From positions 45,384,001 to 45,448,000 of the forward strand of contig NC_042997.1 in NCBI RefSeq assembly GCF_006345805.1: 64,000 nucleotides of DNA, read 5' to 3'. Both the position numbers and the translations under genes were made by a program. Positions 24,916 to 36,723 of this stretch are shown here, piece by piece (the first letter of the stretch is position 1; each line of letters opens with the position of its first letter). The notes under the pieces were generated by a model. It was not told where the DNA came from. It searched no databases and worked only from the letters and a program-made list of their open reading frames with translations. This DNA is from Octopus sinensis (lineage: Eukaryota).

Positions 24916-27067
24916 TCAGCTGTTGTCTTCCTTTCCTATTCTCTTATTTGTGAAGTCATTGCCCCTTCTGCTTGAACCACAATTATATATAGTTTGGCTG
25001 ACCCAGGGATAGAACTTATGCTCACTAGTTAAATTACAACATTTAACACTTCACAATTAATTAATACTTATATTCACTATCCCATAGGGCAATTAAGTAA
25101 TGGAGATTAAGAATTTTAAAGCTAACTTTTGTTTGTATGATCAGTCAGAAATAAGTTTAATGTTAAGGTGATATGGAACAGCACTACAAGGTAAGTCAGC
25201 TGAAAGAACCAGCTTATATATTGGGCTTTGATAAGACCATGGAAGCAAGCAGCACGGAGGAACCTTTAATTAAGAAACAAAGAAGGTAGAACCCATCACA
25301 AAAAGAGAACATAGGTTGAAAACTTTTAATTTCCATTACTTAACTATCCATCGTAACAATGGTATACAGAATATATGCATTGATTCAATGTCAAGTATTA
25401 AGTGGGAATGAGTTCAATTTCTGGGTCTGTCACTATTATATACACCCAGGTTCAAACAAAAATGAAGTTGGGGAATATTCCGCAATAAATAAGTCAATTT
25501 CAAGTTTTAAGAATTTCACCAAATAGGACTGATATCTGAAGAAGGCCAAAGAACAAAGCAGTGTGGCTATAACTAAGATGATATATCAGAGTGTCTATAA
25601 TGATAATTCCACATCTCTAAAATACAGACAAATGTTGTGTCACTTTCATGTCCCCTATCTTAGTGGTTTAGAGAGAAATCGATAAAGTAAGTACTGAGAT
25701 CAATGTGATCAACTAAATTCTAGGAGATGGTAGTGCCCCAGCATGGCTGTAACCAAAAGACTAAAACCAATAAGAAAAAAATATATAGTGCATTCACATA
25801 CAGACACTAAAAGCATACTTCAATACTTGTGAAATCCCATCTATCAATTTATGTTTCCCCATATGCAATTTTAATAATAGGGGTAGTAGTAACACTAGTT
25901 AGTATGATTGTCTGCAATAGTTCTTTTACTCACTCACTGAGTCTACTTGTACAATTAGATAAATGATTCGGCAACAGTATATTTTTCATTCATATCTCTT
26001 CTCTGTGCTCATTGATTATTACTATCACTGCTGTTGTCACCATTAACACCAGCACAAGCACCACCACCACCACCACCACCACTACTACTACTCCTACAAG
26101 TACTACCAATTTCATAAAATGGTTTGTGGAGTTGGCAGTGCAGTGTTTTAGTAATTAATTTCCCTTCTGGGTCACTTACTGTTAGAGTATGTACCTTTAA
26201 TCAAACAAACTTTCTGATAGCGTATAATGCAGACTCAGTAACAGATTTTGTGATGACAAATATTATTGTAATAAGTTGATATTTCTCTTTCACTCATTCA
26301 CTCACCCAAACAACCAGTCACACACTAATGTGTACATACACACACTAATGTGTACATACACACATGAGCACATCAATATAACCACGCGCACACACACACA
26401 GACATACAGTTGTTTTAGACTAGTTGGTATTTAATGTGTTTGTTTTTTGCTCAGAAATGTTGACCAATATACTTAAAGAGATTACAACTGCATTGATGTA
26501 GACATGTGATGTATATAGATGAGGCAGGCAGAAGGATGGGGGGAAATATGCTGAGATCTGTTTGCAGGAGGGGAACAACAGTGGGGGAGATAGGAGTAGG
26601 CTTGGGACAAAGTAATTAGATCATAGATTATGGAGTTAGTCCTGACAGATGAGATACTACAGGGCAGTTTTGACAATATATACATGTGTATGTTTGAATT
26701 CCGGCTGCTGCAGACGTTCACTAGCATACAAATACTCGAGACTATCCTTATTTAGTTAGGATGAATATAATATACTGTTGTACAGCAGCATCCGACTACT
26801 GCCAAATGCACAACACAGAAACACACACTTTGCAGTTTGCCTTAACAAAACTAATCATTAAAATAGCATTTGATCAATGCAACTAGGCTTACATGCACGT
26901 ACTTGTTATATCTGTATGTGGGTGTCTTCACACATAGTTAAAATCCAACACAGCTTCCAAGACTGATGACCAGTGCCAAGAAAAATTATCTTTCCATAGA
27001 TAACAAGGTTAGCCCTAAGCACATTCGATGAGGTATTCTCTTAAATGCAGTCAATTCATACACTATC

Positions 27068-27233
27068 AGGAGTGGCTGTGTGGTAAGTAGCTTGCTAACC
27101 AACCACATGGTTGCGGGTTCAGTCCCACTGCGTGGCATCTTAGGCAAGTGTCTTCTGCTATAGCCCCAGGCCGACCAATGCCTTGTGAGTGGATTTGGTA
27201 GACGGAAACTGAAAGAAGCCTGTCGTATATATG

Positions 27234-27264
<31 letters not shown>

Positions 27265-27434
27265 TTGTGTGTCTGTGTTTGTCCTCCTAGCATTGCTTGA
27301 CAACTGATGCTGGTGTGTTTACGTCCCCGTCACTTAGCGGTTCGGCAAAAAGAGACCGATAGAATAAGTACTAAAGGCGGTGCTCCAGCATGGCCACAGT
27401 CAAATGACTGAAACAAGTAAAAGAGTAAAAGAGT
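27068..27434 (+). mobile_element. SINE family B (tRNA-like head, internal TA/TG microsatellite, (AGTAAAAG)n-like tail)
   Basis: ggagtggctgtgtggtaagtagc (A-box-like), gggttcagtccc (B-box-like), gccttgtgagtggatttggtagacggaaactgaaagaagcc core; small internal deletion near 27370. Confidence 0.9.
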
Positions 27435-28023
27435 ATCATCTTAATACAACGATATATTGGCAATGTAGTTGTAAATATACAACATTATGGGATGGTCATG
27501 GCTAGAAAACCTTTATCATGCCTGCCCAGAGCCAAACAACAACAAATATTGTATAATATATTATTCTGCTTTGAAAGTGGTCAACGCGTGCGTGTGTGCA
27601 TGCGTACATAAATAAATAAATAGAAATGTACAGATAGCGCAACCGTTTTCGAGGTAGAATAATATATTACATGCATGTATATGAAAACGAAAATGTGTGT
27701 GAGGTGATGTTGATATGGTAGACTACAGGCCACAAAAAATGATAAGTTCAAACCAAACCACTTATATTACATTGTAGTCTTCAGCAAGACACCAAACTCT
27801 GCATGTTCCACTATGTTCAATTGTAAAAAAATAATAATAAAAAAAAAAAGATCCCACTCATATTTATTTCATGGTTGACTTACTACTGCTGCAAACCAAG
27901 CTGCCCAGTTCACTCAAGCATGGAAAAATGAACTTAAAATGATAAAAAATAATAAACAAACATATAAATAGGCAAGAGGGATTTCAATAACTAGATTTTC
28001 AAGAACAAGTAACTTGGCATATG

Positions 28024-28071
<48 letters not shown>

Positions 28072-29491
28072 CACTTTAGTTTATCAGAGGAAACCATTTC
28101 TATTGTCAATTTAATCTCTACAGATTGCAGCATATGGACAGACTGGATTGAGTTGCTGTAGTTAAGAAAACATACAGATAAGTTTTGAGGGAAAATATGA
28201 GTAAAAAGAGTAACTTAAAGTCATTCATGTAAAATGAAATTATAATAAAAACTAAATCTTAAGACATATCATGGCAAGGTGTTAAGTTTATTTCTTCAAT
28301 TTATGCTTAAAGAAATTAATAATATATCATTATCGCATTTTGGGCTATATACTTTGCTTTTAAAAGTAACGTATTTTTTTCTAGATGCATCTGGAATAAT
28401 ATTGCATGTGTAGCAGAGTTTATATGAAGTTGGTTCCAACAGCACAAGAAATATAGCAACGTTTAATGGAAACTTAAGAAAGAAAAAGAGAGAAAAAAAG
28501 AACTAATATTTTTAGAATAGACAAAAACTTGCAATGATTTCTAACTTGCAACAAAGAAAAGTGATTAATTATTAGAAGAGGAAGCCACAATAGCCAAAAA
28601 GAAAAAGTACCAGCCTCTTGCCTAAAGAATCAACAGTTTGAGTCTCTCAACATCCTTAATTACCTGACTGACAAAATACTGATTAAGAAGAGATACAAAA
28701 TGTTATCACAGTGAAATCCCCATCATCATCATCATTGCCCATCTAACTGGAAAGTTTAGTAATCAACTGTGCTAAAGTCAAATCCTCTCATAACATAATA
28801 TATAATATTTACAAAATCTTTTCTCATCACTCTATGTCCTGTACTTGATAATTCTTAGAGCTTAGATCCTGTGGCAATCAGTGAAGTCTTTCATTCTTTC
28901 CAGACCTCATGCAATACATTCCAGTAATTCCAATAACAGTCAAATTTGGATACTATTGATAGTAAATAATTAACAGTAAAGGAGTGGTATTTTGGTGTTA
29001 TTTATAGTAAGTTAAACCTTGTGTTTTGTAGAAAACCAATCTTAAAATTAAAGTCAATGCTTTTGAAGGAAGGTGTATGTGGTTGGAATCGATTAAGTTT
29101 ATTAATCACTATCAAGCCAGAATGGCTTCAATTGGTAAATGACAATATTGCACTACAGAAAATATAGTCTTGAATGATATGAGTTGCTCCTTTCAGTTGT
29201 ATCCCTAATGTCCTGATAAATTTATAAGAGTGATATTTACCACCAAACAAATAATCTTGTCCAAATGTCATACATTCTCTTCATGCATAGAATACTGGAA
29301 CATTTGTTCTAATGGTAGCATCCTAGAAGTTTCGATGCTCCAAGCCAGTACTGTCTTGGTTAAATACAAAGCTAGTTTCAACTTCAAATAACGAGTTAGA
29401 ACTGAACCTGAGCAGTGTTGACTAAATGAAGTATGATGCTCCTGTCTACTAAATTGGGAATTTATTCAGAAATACTTTACTTACTTTACTT

Positions 29492-29890
29492 AGGCGCAGG
29501 AGTAGCTGTGTGGTAAGTAGCTTGCTTACCAACCACATGGTTCTGGGTTCAGTCCCACTGCGTGGCACTTTGGGCAAGTGTCTTCTACTATAGCCTCAGG
29601 CCAACCAAAGCCTTGTGAGTGGATTTGGTAGACGGAAACTGAAAGAAGCCTGTCGTATATATGTATATATGTATGTGTGTGTATATGTTTGTGTGTCTGT
29701 GTTTGTCCCCCCAACATTGCTTGACAACCGATGCTGGTGTATTTACGTCCCCCGTAACTTAGCGGTTCGGCAAAAGAGACCGATAGAATAAGTACTACGC
29801 TTCCCAAAAATAAGTCCTGGGGTCGATTTGCTCAACTAAGGGCAGTGCTCCAGCATGGCCACAGTCAAATGACTGAAACGAGTAAAAGAG
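29492..29890 (+). mobile_element. SINE family B, full length
   Basis: Colinear with 27068-27434 and 62098-62515. Confidence 0.9.
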
Positions 29891-30653
29891 AGAAAATAAT
29901 GATTTCCAACTTAATAATACCCTGATTTAACCGCTTAGCATTGAAATTATCCTCTCAAATGTAATTCTTATTTCTTTACATTGCTTTCAGTTGATCCTGC
30001 ATTATCTTGTAGCCTTCACACTTTACTGGTGTGATTGCTTATTTTTAGAATGACATTGTAAGGTAGGTGTGAGAGGCTCAATATAGCCAGTTTGAACATA
30101 AAGCAGGAAGAATATTTTGGTCTGATATGGCTGGGTCAATGATATCTTTAACAAAAATTATAAAAATTAAAACTTGATAGTTAATTGCAAAAAATAGATG
30201 CTAAACATTCATAATGATTTCATTAAGAAATTTAACACCAATGTGCCTTGATGATGCATGTGTGAGTATTCAAATATTCAATTAGTTTGCATTACACTTT
30301 CGTTATAAAATGCATGAATTGATTCACACACTTTCAAAAAATTTGGAGAAGATCTAAGAATGAAAATTATTGTTTATTCCCTCACTTTCAAAGGACTCAA
30401 CAAAATCTTTTTCAAAATAGTAATTGAGATTTCCAAGTCTCAAGATTCAAATTTCAAGAAAAAACTTGCAGCTGGTCAACATTTATAAAGGAGAGTTAAC
30501 AACTATAATGGAAACAATGAACATTTGACATACTTACAAAGAAAAAATTAAGACTCCTTCCACACAATTTGAACCAAATACAAGCTGCAACACCATATCA
30601 AATGACAAATCTAAAGTGTGCAGCAGACAAACATCAAGGGAGTGTAAAATTAT

Positions 30654-30855
30654 ACTCTTTTACTTGTTTCAGTCATTTGACTGCGGCCATGCTGGAGCAC
30701 CGCCTTTAATCGAGCAACTCGACCCCGGGACTTATTCTTTGTAAGCCCAGTACTTATTCTATCGGTCTCTTTTGCCGAACCGCTAAGTGACGGGGACGTA
30801 AACACACCAGCATCGGTTGTCAAGCAATGCTAGGGGGACAAACACAGACACACAA

Positions 30856-30900
<45 letters not shown>

Positions 30901-31075
30901 CACATATATACGATAGGCTTCTTTTAGTTTCTGTATACCAAATCCACTCACAAGGCATTGGTCGGCCTGAGGCTATAGCAGAAGACACTTGCCCAAGATG
31001 CCATGCAGTTGGGACTGAACCCAGAACCATGTGGTTGGTTAGCAAGCTACTTACCACACAGCCACTCGTGCGCCT
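30654..31075 (-). mobile_element. SINE family B, full length
   Basis: Reverse complement of 29492-29890. Confidence 0.9.
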
Positions 31076-32673
31076 ATAGAGACATTTGATAACTTATTAT
31101 TTGTAAATGATTTATTTGTTCAAATCACTGGTTATGCCTTAATTTGTAGTTTCATTATTCCTTATTTAACACATAAAACGAAAAAAAAGATACATGAGTC
31201 AACTCTCAACAACAGATAGATAGTTAACGAACTTGATAACATTATTTATATATTAACTAACCTCTTACTCAATGCCCTCTCATGATTGGAACCAAATGAA
31301 TCATTAAGTAGAGATTATTCCTATATCTATGATACATATGTCAAATTACATCCATCAGGACAAAATGTATTTGTTTACAAAATGGCTTTCTATCTAACTA
31401 GAACATTATCATGATGAATGAATTAGCAAAATTGCTCAGCATGTTGTTAGCAAAATTTTGCAATTTAGCTTCCTGTATTTCTGAAATTCATATCATAACT
31501 AAAATGGCTTCAGATGTCACCACTTTATTTAATGATACATTTATTTTTTAATTTTTTTGCTAATTTATTTCAATTGAGGAAGATCAGTGGACAAAGACTG
31601 TGGAATAAAGATAACAAGGTGATATTATTAGAATTCAAAATAAATATCGATAAAATATTATCTACAGGCACACCATTTACTGTTTGAGACAGATATAACG
31701 TTGTGTGGAGAACTTGGCTGTATAGTTAAATATTTATGTATCTATACTGTTTATTTCTCCCATATGTGTCTACAATAAATATTTGTGTCCTCGTCAGTAG
31801 ATGTTTCACATCATGCTAGTATTAGTGTAGAATGAATATATGACCACCATTTACTCTCACTGGATAGCTATGCCAAACTTCATTTACTCTAACTTTAAGA
31901 TATGACAACCAATAATGCCAACAGTTTGCATTATAATTTCATCCTTTATCGCTAGTCAAAAGCTAAACTACTGCCTCTATTAAATAACAGTACTGACATC
32001 ACCAACAAAATAAACCTTATATTTGGAATTTGACAACATGATACTAGTACTAAGCTGATTTTAAACTCCACAGGCAAAAAAAATGTTTACATATATTTTT
32101 TTTTAATTTAACAGGATTTTATCATAGAGAATGTTCATGCCAGTATATATTTTGAAGAACTTTATACAAAAAACAGATAAAATTCTACAGAAAAGTAAAA
32201 TAAATTAAAGAAAGGAAATACCATAACATATACGAAAGAATTTGAAGAGAATGAATGTGAAATGAATATACCACATTTTTATGTAGCATATGACATTTTC
32301 AATATTTATTTCAGGAGGGAAAAGGAAATTAATAGATGCAAAATGAAAAGTAAAAAACACTGCTTGTTATATTGTCATAATATGTGTGTATAAAAAAACA
32401 CAACACAGCAATGTGATGTAAGCCATGCATGAATATGTATGTTCATATATATGCATATATATATATATATGTCAACATACTTGTGTCTATAAAAGTACAG
32501 ACATGCACACATGAACATATATATACAATTTATACACATGCATGCATATAATACAAACATACATGCATACACATAAGTGTGTGTGTGTGTATATACATAA
32601 GACAGATACATATGTGTATACATTTATGTAGGTACATGTATACTGGAAGTATACATAATCTAGACATGCACAG

Positions 32674-32721
<48 letters not shown>

Positions 32722-32762
32722 GCATCACTATACATGCATATATATGCATATTCTTTTTGTGT

Positions 32763-33109
32763 TCTTTTTATTGCTTTCAGTTATTTGACTGTGGCCATAC
32801 TAGAGCACCGTCTTTAGTCAAGCAAATTGACCCCAGGACTTATTCTTTGTAAGCCTAGTACTTATCCTATCAGTCTCTTTTACTGAACCGTTGAGTTATG
32901 GTAAACACACCAACATTGGTTGTCAAGTGATGGGAGCAATCACAGACACACAAACATATATACATATACAATGGGCTTCTTTCAGTTTCTACCAAATCCA
33001 CTCACAAGGCTTTGGTCAGCCCGAAGTTATAGTAGAAGACACTTGCCCAAAGTGCCACACAGTGGGACTGAACCTGGAAGCTTCTTATCACACAGCCACA
33101 CCTGCACCT
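32763..33109 (-). mobile_element. SINE family B, diverged
   Basis: Reverse complement of the family with more substitutions and a deletion in the head. Confidence 0.85.
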
Positions 33110-33725
33110 ATCATCATCATCATTTAACGTCCGCTTTCCATGGGTTGGACTTTTATTTATGTATATATATACATACACACGCACATATGTAAACATACAC
33201 AAAAACATACATGCATACATACATAACTATACATGTACACACACCATCTTTTAATGTACTGTTATCCATACTGGCACAGGTTGAATGGTTTGACAGAATT
33301 TGTCATGTCAGAGGACCATATCATGCTCCAATGTCTACATTAGCAAGGTTCCTATGACTTGATGCCCTTCCTTTACAGAGTGACCTGGGTGCTTTTCTGA
33401 AATACCAGTACTAGTGAGGTCCTTACATAGCTTACAAGACTAAGATCACCATCAGCTGAATGGGACAACAGTAGAGAGGAAGGTGATTTTATGCTAGGAG
33501 ATGAGATTGAACTTATGAAAGAAAGGACTGAAATCTTTCTCTCTCAGAGTGAAAGGGAGATTGAATGAAGCTTAGTGAGATACACACCCTGAAAGTAGAG
33601 ATCTGGCAAAGACTGAAAAGAAATGAAGTGAGCATGCTTCATGGGGTACACAATGTCTGTGTGCATGGATGACAAAGTGTGCTGTTCTGAATGAATGAGA
33701 GCTGAACTACATATTTCACCCTCTT

Positions 33726-34043
33726 TTACGGTGGCACGTAAAAAGCACTATCCGAATCATGGCCGATGCCAGTGCCGCCTTGACTGGCTTCCGTGTCGGT
33801 GGCACGTAAAATGCACCAATCTGATCATGGCCGATGCCAGCCTCGCCTGGCACCAGTGCAGGTGGCACTTAAAAAGCACCCATTACACTCTTGGAGTGGT
33901 TGGCATTAGGAAGGGCATCCAGCTGTAGAAACATAGCCAGATAAGACCGGAGCCTGGTGCAGCCTTCTGGCTTCCCAGATCCCCGGTCGAACCGTCCAAC
34001 CCATGCTAGCATGGAGAACGGACGTTAAACGATGATGATGATG
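33726..34043 (+). mobile_element. RTE-clade LINE 3' end, (GAT)n tail
   Basis: Tandem units then ggagtggttggcattaggaagggcatccagctgtagaaac...catgctagcatggagaacggacgttaaacgatgatgatgatg. Confidence 0.7.
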
Positions 34044-35289
34044 AATGAGGATAACGATACAAAGAAGTGATAATCTCTTAATGTAAATAGAGCTAGTGGA
34101 AGAGGGAGACCCAGGAAGGAATAGGATCTCTGGAATTTGAACCCCACAAAGAAGATGACAAAAGACATGCATGATTGGTGATATATGATGTTTGAGAAAA
34201 CCTGCCCTTCTGGGTGAAACTGAGGTAATGGAAACAATATACACAGTTTACCCACTCAATTTCCTTGTGAAACCTTCTCTTCCCATCTCTCATTTTCCTA
34301 TCACTGATCCCTGAATCACTTAACTGCTATATTCTTCTGTTCAAAATGAATGAGAGCTGAACTACATATTTCATCCTCTTTTCTGTGATACCAGTTATCT
34401 TTCTCACTTCCTGGAACTATTTCACTTGACATCCATTCTTCATCCTCAACAGTGTCCCTACCAAGTCCTATTTTACATTGATCATTCTTATGGGCTTCCA
34501 AATTACCTCTGTCTCTCCACTGAACCACTCCCTGTTGACTTGCCTCTATCACCACACATCTCTCACTTTCTCCACACACAATCTCTGTCTTTACCCCCCA
34601 CACTCTTCCAACCTACCTCCCCACACATCAGTTCCTGTTCCTTCATCCTTCCTCTGTCTACTGCATTATTATTATTACCATCATCATCATCATCATTATT
34701 ATTATTAATATCATTCCAGTGCTTCTCACCTCTTTCTGTACTGCCAGTCATCACCTACTCTTACCTACCTGCCTCCCTATTCCTGTATTATTGATCCCAC
34801 CCACCTACCCTTGTCCACTATACAGTACATTGACCTTTCAACCCTAACTACTCTCTCCTACCACCCCTCAACTCTTGTTCATCATTCATTATAGTTGAGC
34901 CCTATCTCGACCTCATCTCTAACCATCCCTTATTCATCCTACGTACACATGCAACCCTTCATGCACTTCTGTCCTTACTCATTCCTATTCACTTTCTTGT
35001 ATTTTGGGGGCCCACTCAGCTAAGGTGTCAGAGAAGAGCTGTGAGGTTCAAGATATGTAGTATTATATTTCTGGAACGCAACATATAAAGCATGCCATGT
35101 GTTCAATTATAGTTAGAAAGATCTATAGAAATGGAATGATTAAATTAACTAGTGTACACATAAAGAAAAAGAATTTATGTGTATGCGTGTGTGTGTGTGT
35201 GTATACACCTAAATATATGCATACACGTATATACACACACACATATAAACATATATATATATACACACACATACATATAAATATACATG

Positions 35290-35495
35290 TAGAGTTAATC
35301 CAAACAAGAAAACACAAAAAACACAACAACGCGAGGACGTGGAACAAATATAGTATTATTGGACGCTCAGGAAAGAAGGAAAGAAGGAGGGTTTAACGTT
35401 TCAAGCGGAGCTCTTCGTCGGAAACATAGGAGAAGGAAAGATCCAGAGAAGGGAAGACAGAGGGAAAAAAAATCGCCAACGGTACACGCAGTCAC
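35290..35495 (-). mobile_element. Penelope-like element terminal (pLTR-type) fragment
   Basis: CpG-rich island in AT-rich surroundings containing gacgaagagctccgcttgaaacgtt, the minimal hammerhead-type motif typical of Penelope-like LTRs. Assignment rests on this motif and recall, not on an RT or GIY-YIG ORF. Confidence 0.55.
35391..35425 (-). ncRNA. Minimal type I hammerhead ribozyme-like motif (variant core)
   Basis: GTTT-CCGACGA-A-GAGC-TCC-GCTT-GAAAC-GTT-AAAC: stem I GTTT/AAAC, core CCGACGA versus CUGANGA, stem II GAGC/GCTT, GAAA, palindromic ACGT stem III. Confidence 0.5.
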
Positions 35496-35875
35496 ACACA
35501 CATATTTCAAATAATCCTTTCACTTGATTGTTCTCATAAACACAAGAAATACAAATGAGGCTTTTCCATGAGCCAACTGACCACACAAAAGTTACTTTGA
35601 GGATATGATGATCTTCCACCCTAACCACATGACGACTGCATTGTAATTAGTACTGAAGTACTGGAGACTCTATACTGGTAGACACACTGTGTTCAAACAC
35701 TTCAAAGTCACTTACATATCTGCCATCAGATACCCAGTACATGGCTCAGTTACTATTGACGAAATCAATCCACCCAATCTGTGTAAGTGTGTGTATATAT
35801 AAAAACTCATTCTTTATGCATTCATATACATTATTCATGCTTATGAACAAATGTGTGCTTACACACACACACATG

Positions 35876-35929
<54 letters not shown>

Positions 35930-36327
35930 TTATATGTACTTATATAATGTGTGTAAATATAAATGTTATAAACATACTTTTACGCAGAATGGATAGGAAT
36001 ATTACACCAATTACTCAACCTCCAGTTTTCCTATAATTTATCTTTTTTTCTTTTCAAAACTTTTCCTATTACATAAAATCTATAAGAAAAATAAACCAGA
36101 GGAAAAAAAACAGACAATGGTTTTGGAAAATGGGAAATATCTTTAAATGTTTTCCTTTTCTTACTCAATCTTGCCGTCTAACAGAACTTCAGGCATATGG
36201 TAAAATTTAGCAGCTGTTTTTAACCAAAACAAATGACAAATTCAAATAAGTGGGAGTGTAGGAAAGACGATGGAAGGGCTATCAAATCGTATGGGAATAA
36301 AAAAAATGAGTGAAATTTATATGTAAA

Positions 36328-36723
36328 CTAGCAGTATTGCCCGGCGTTGCTCGGGTTTGTAAGGGAAATAACTATATAAGCCTTTTTAGAGATGTAAAGT
36401 ATAATAGCCATCTCAATATGGCTAACCACAAAGGGGGGGTATTACTGTAGCGTTTTACGTTCTGAGATTTAATAATAAATTTTTAGAGAGTTACTTCCCT
36501 TATATATGCCAAAAATGCATTAAAAATGGGAAAAATTGATGGTAAATTTTTTTTTAAATCGTAGACTCATCATAGACGTGCGCTAATACCCAGAAGGGCT
36601 CGATATGAATCACGACTATAAGATACCCAGTTTTGGTTAAACTGCACCACAAAATGTGGGAGTAGTTAGGAATCTAAATCTTAGGAGACAGACAGCACAC
36701 AACTTGACTTTTATATATAAAGA
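36328..36723 (-). mobile_element. Non-autonomous Helitron, intact termini
   Basis: On minus it begins A^TC (36723) and ends with GC-rich hairpin cccgagcaacgccggg, an 8-nt spacer and CTAG^T (36328); inserted between A and T with no TSD. These are canonical Helitron hallmarks. Confidence 0.85.

Noticed and set aside
28130-28171. IAAYGQTG resembling the kinesin P-loop (IFAYGQTGSGKT)
   Set aside because: Followed by LSCCS and a stop, lacks SGKT, and no other motor motifs are nearby.
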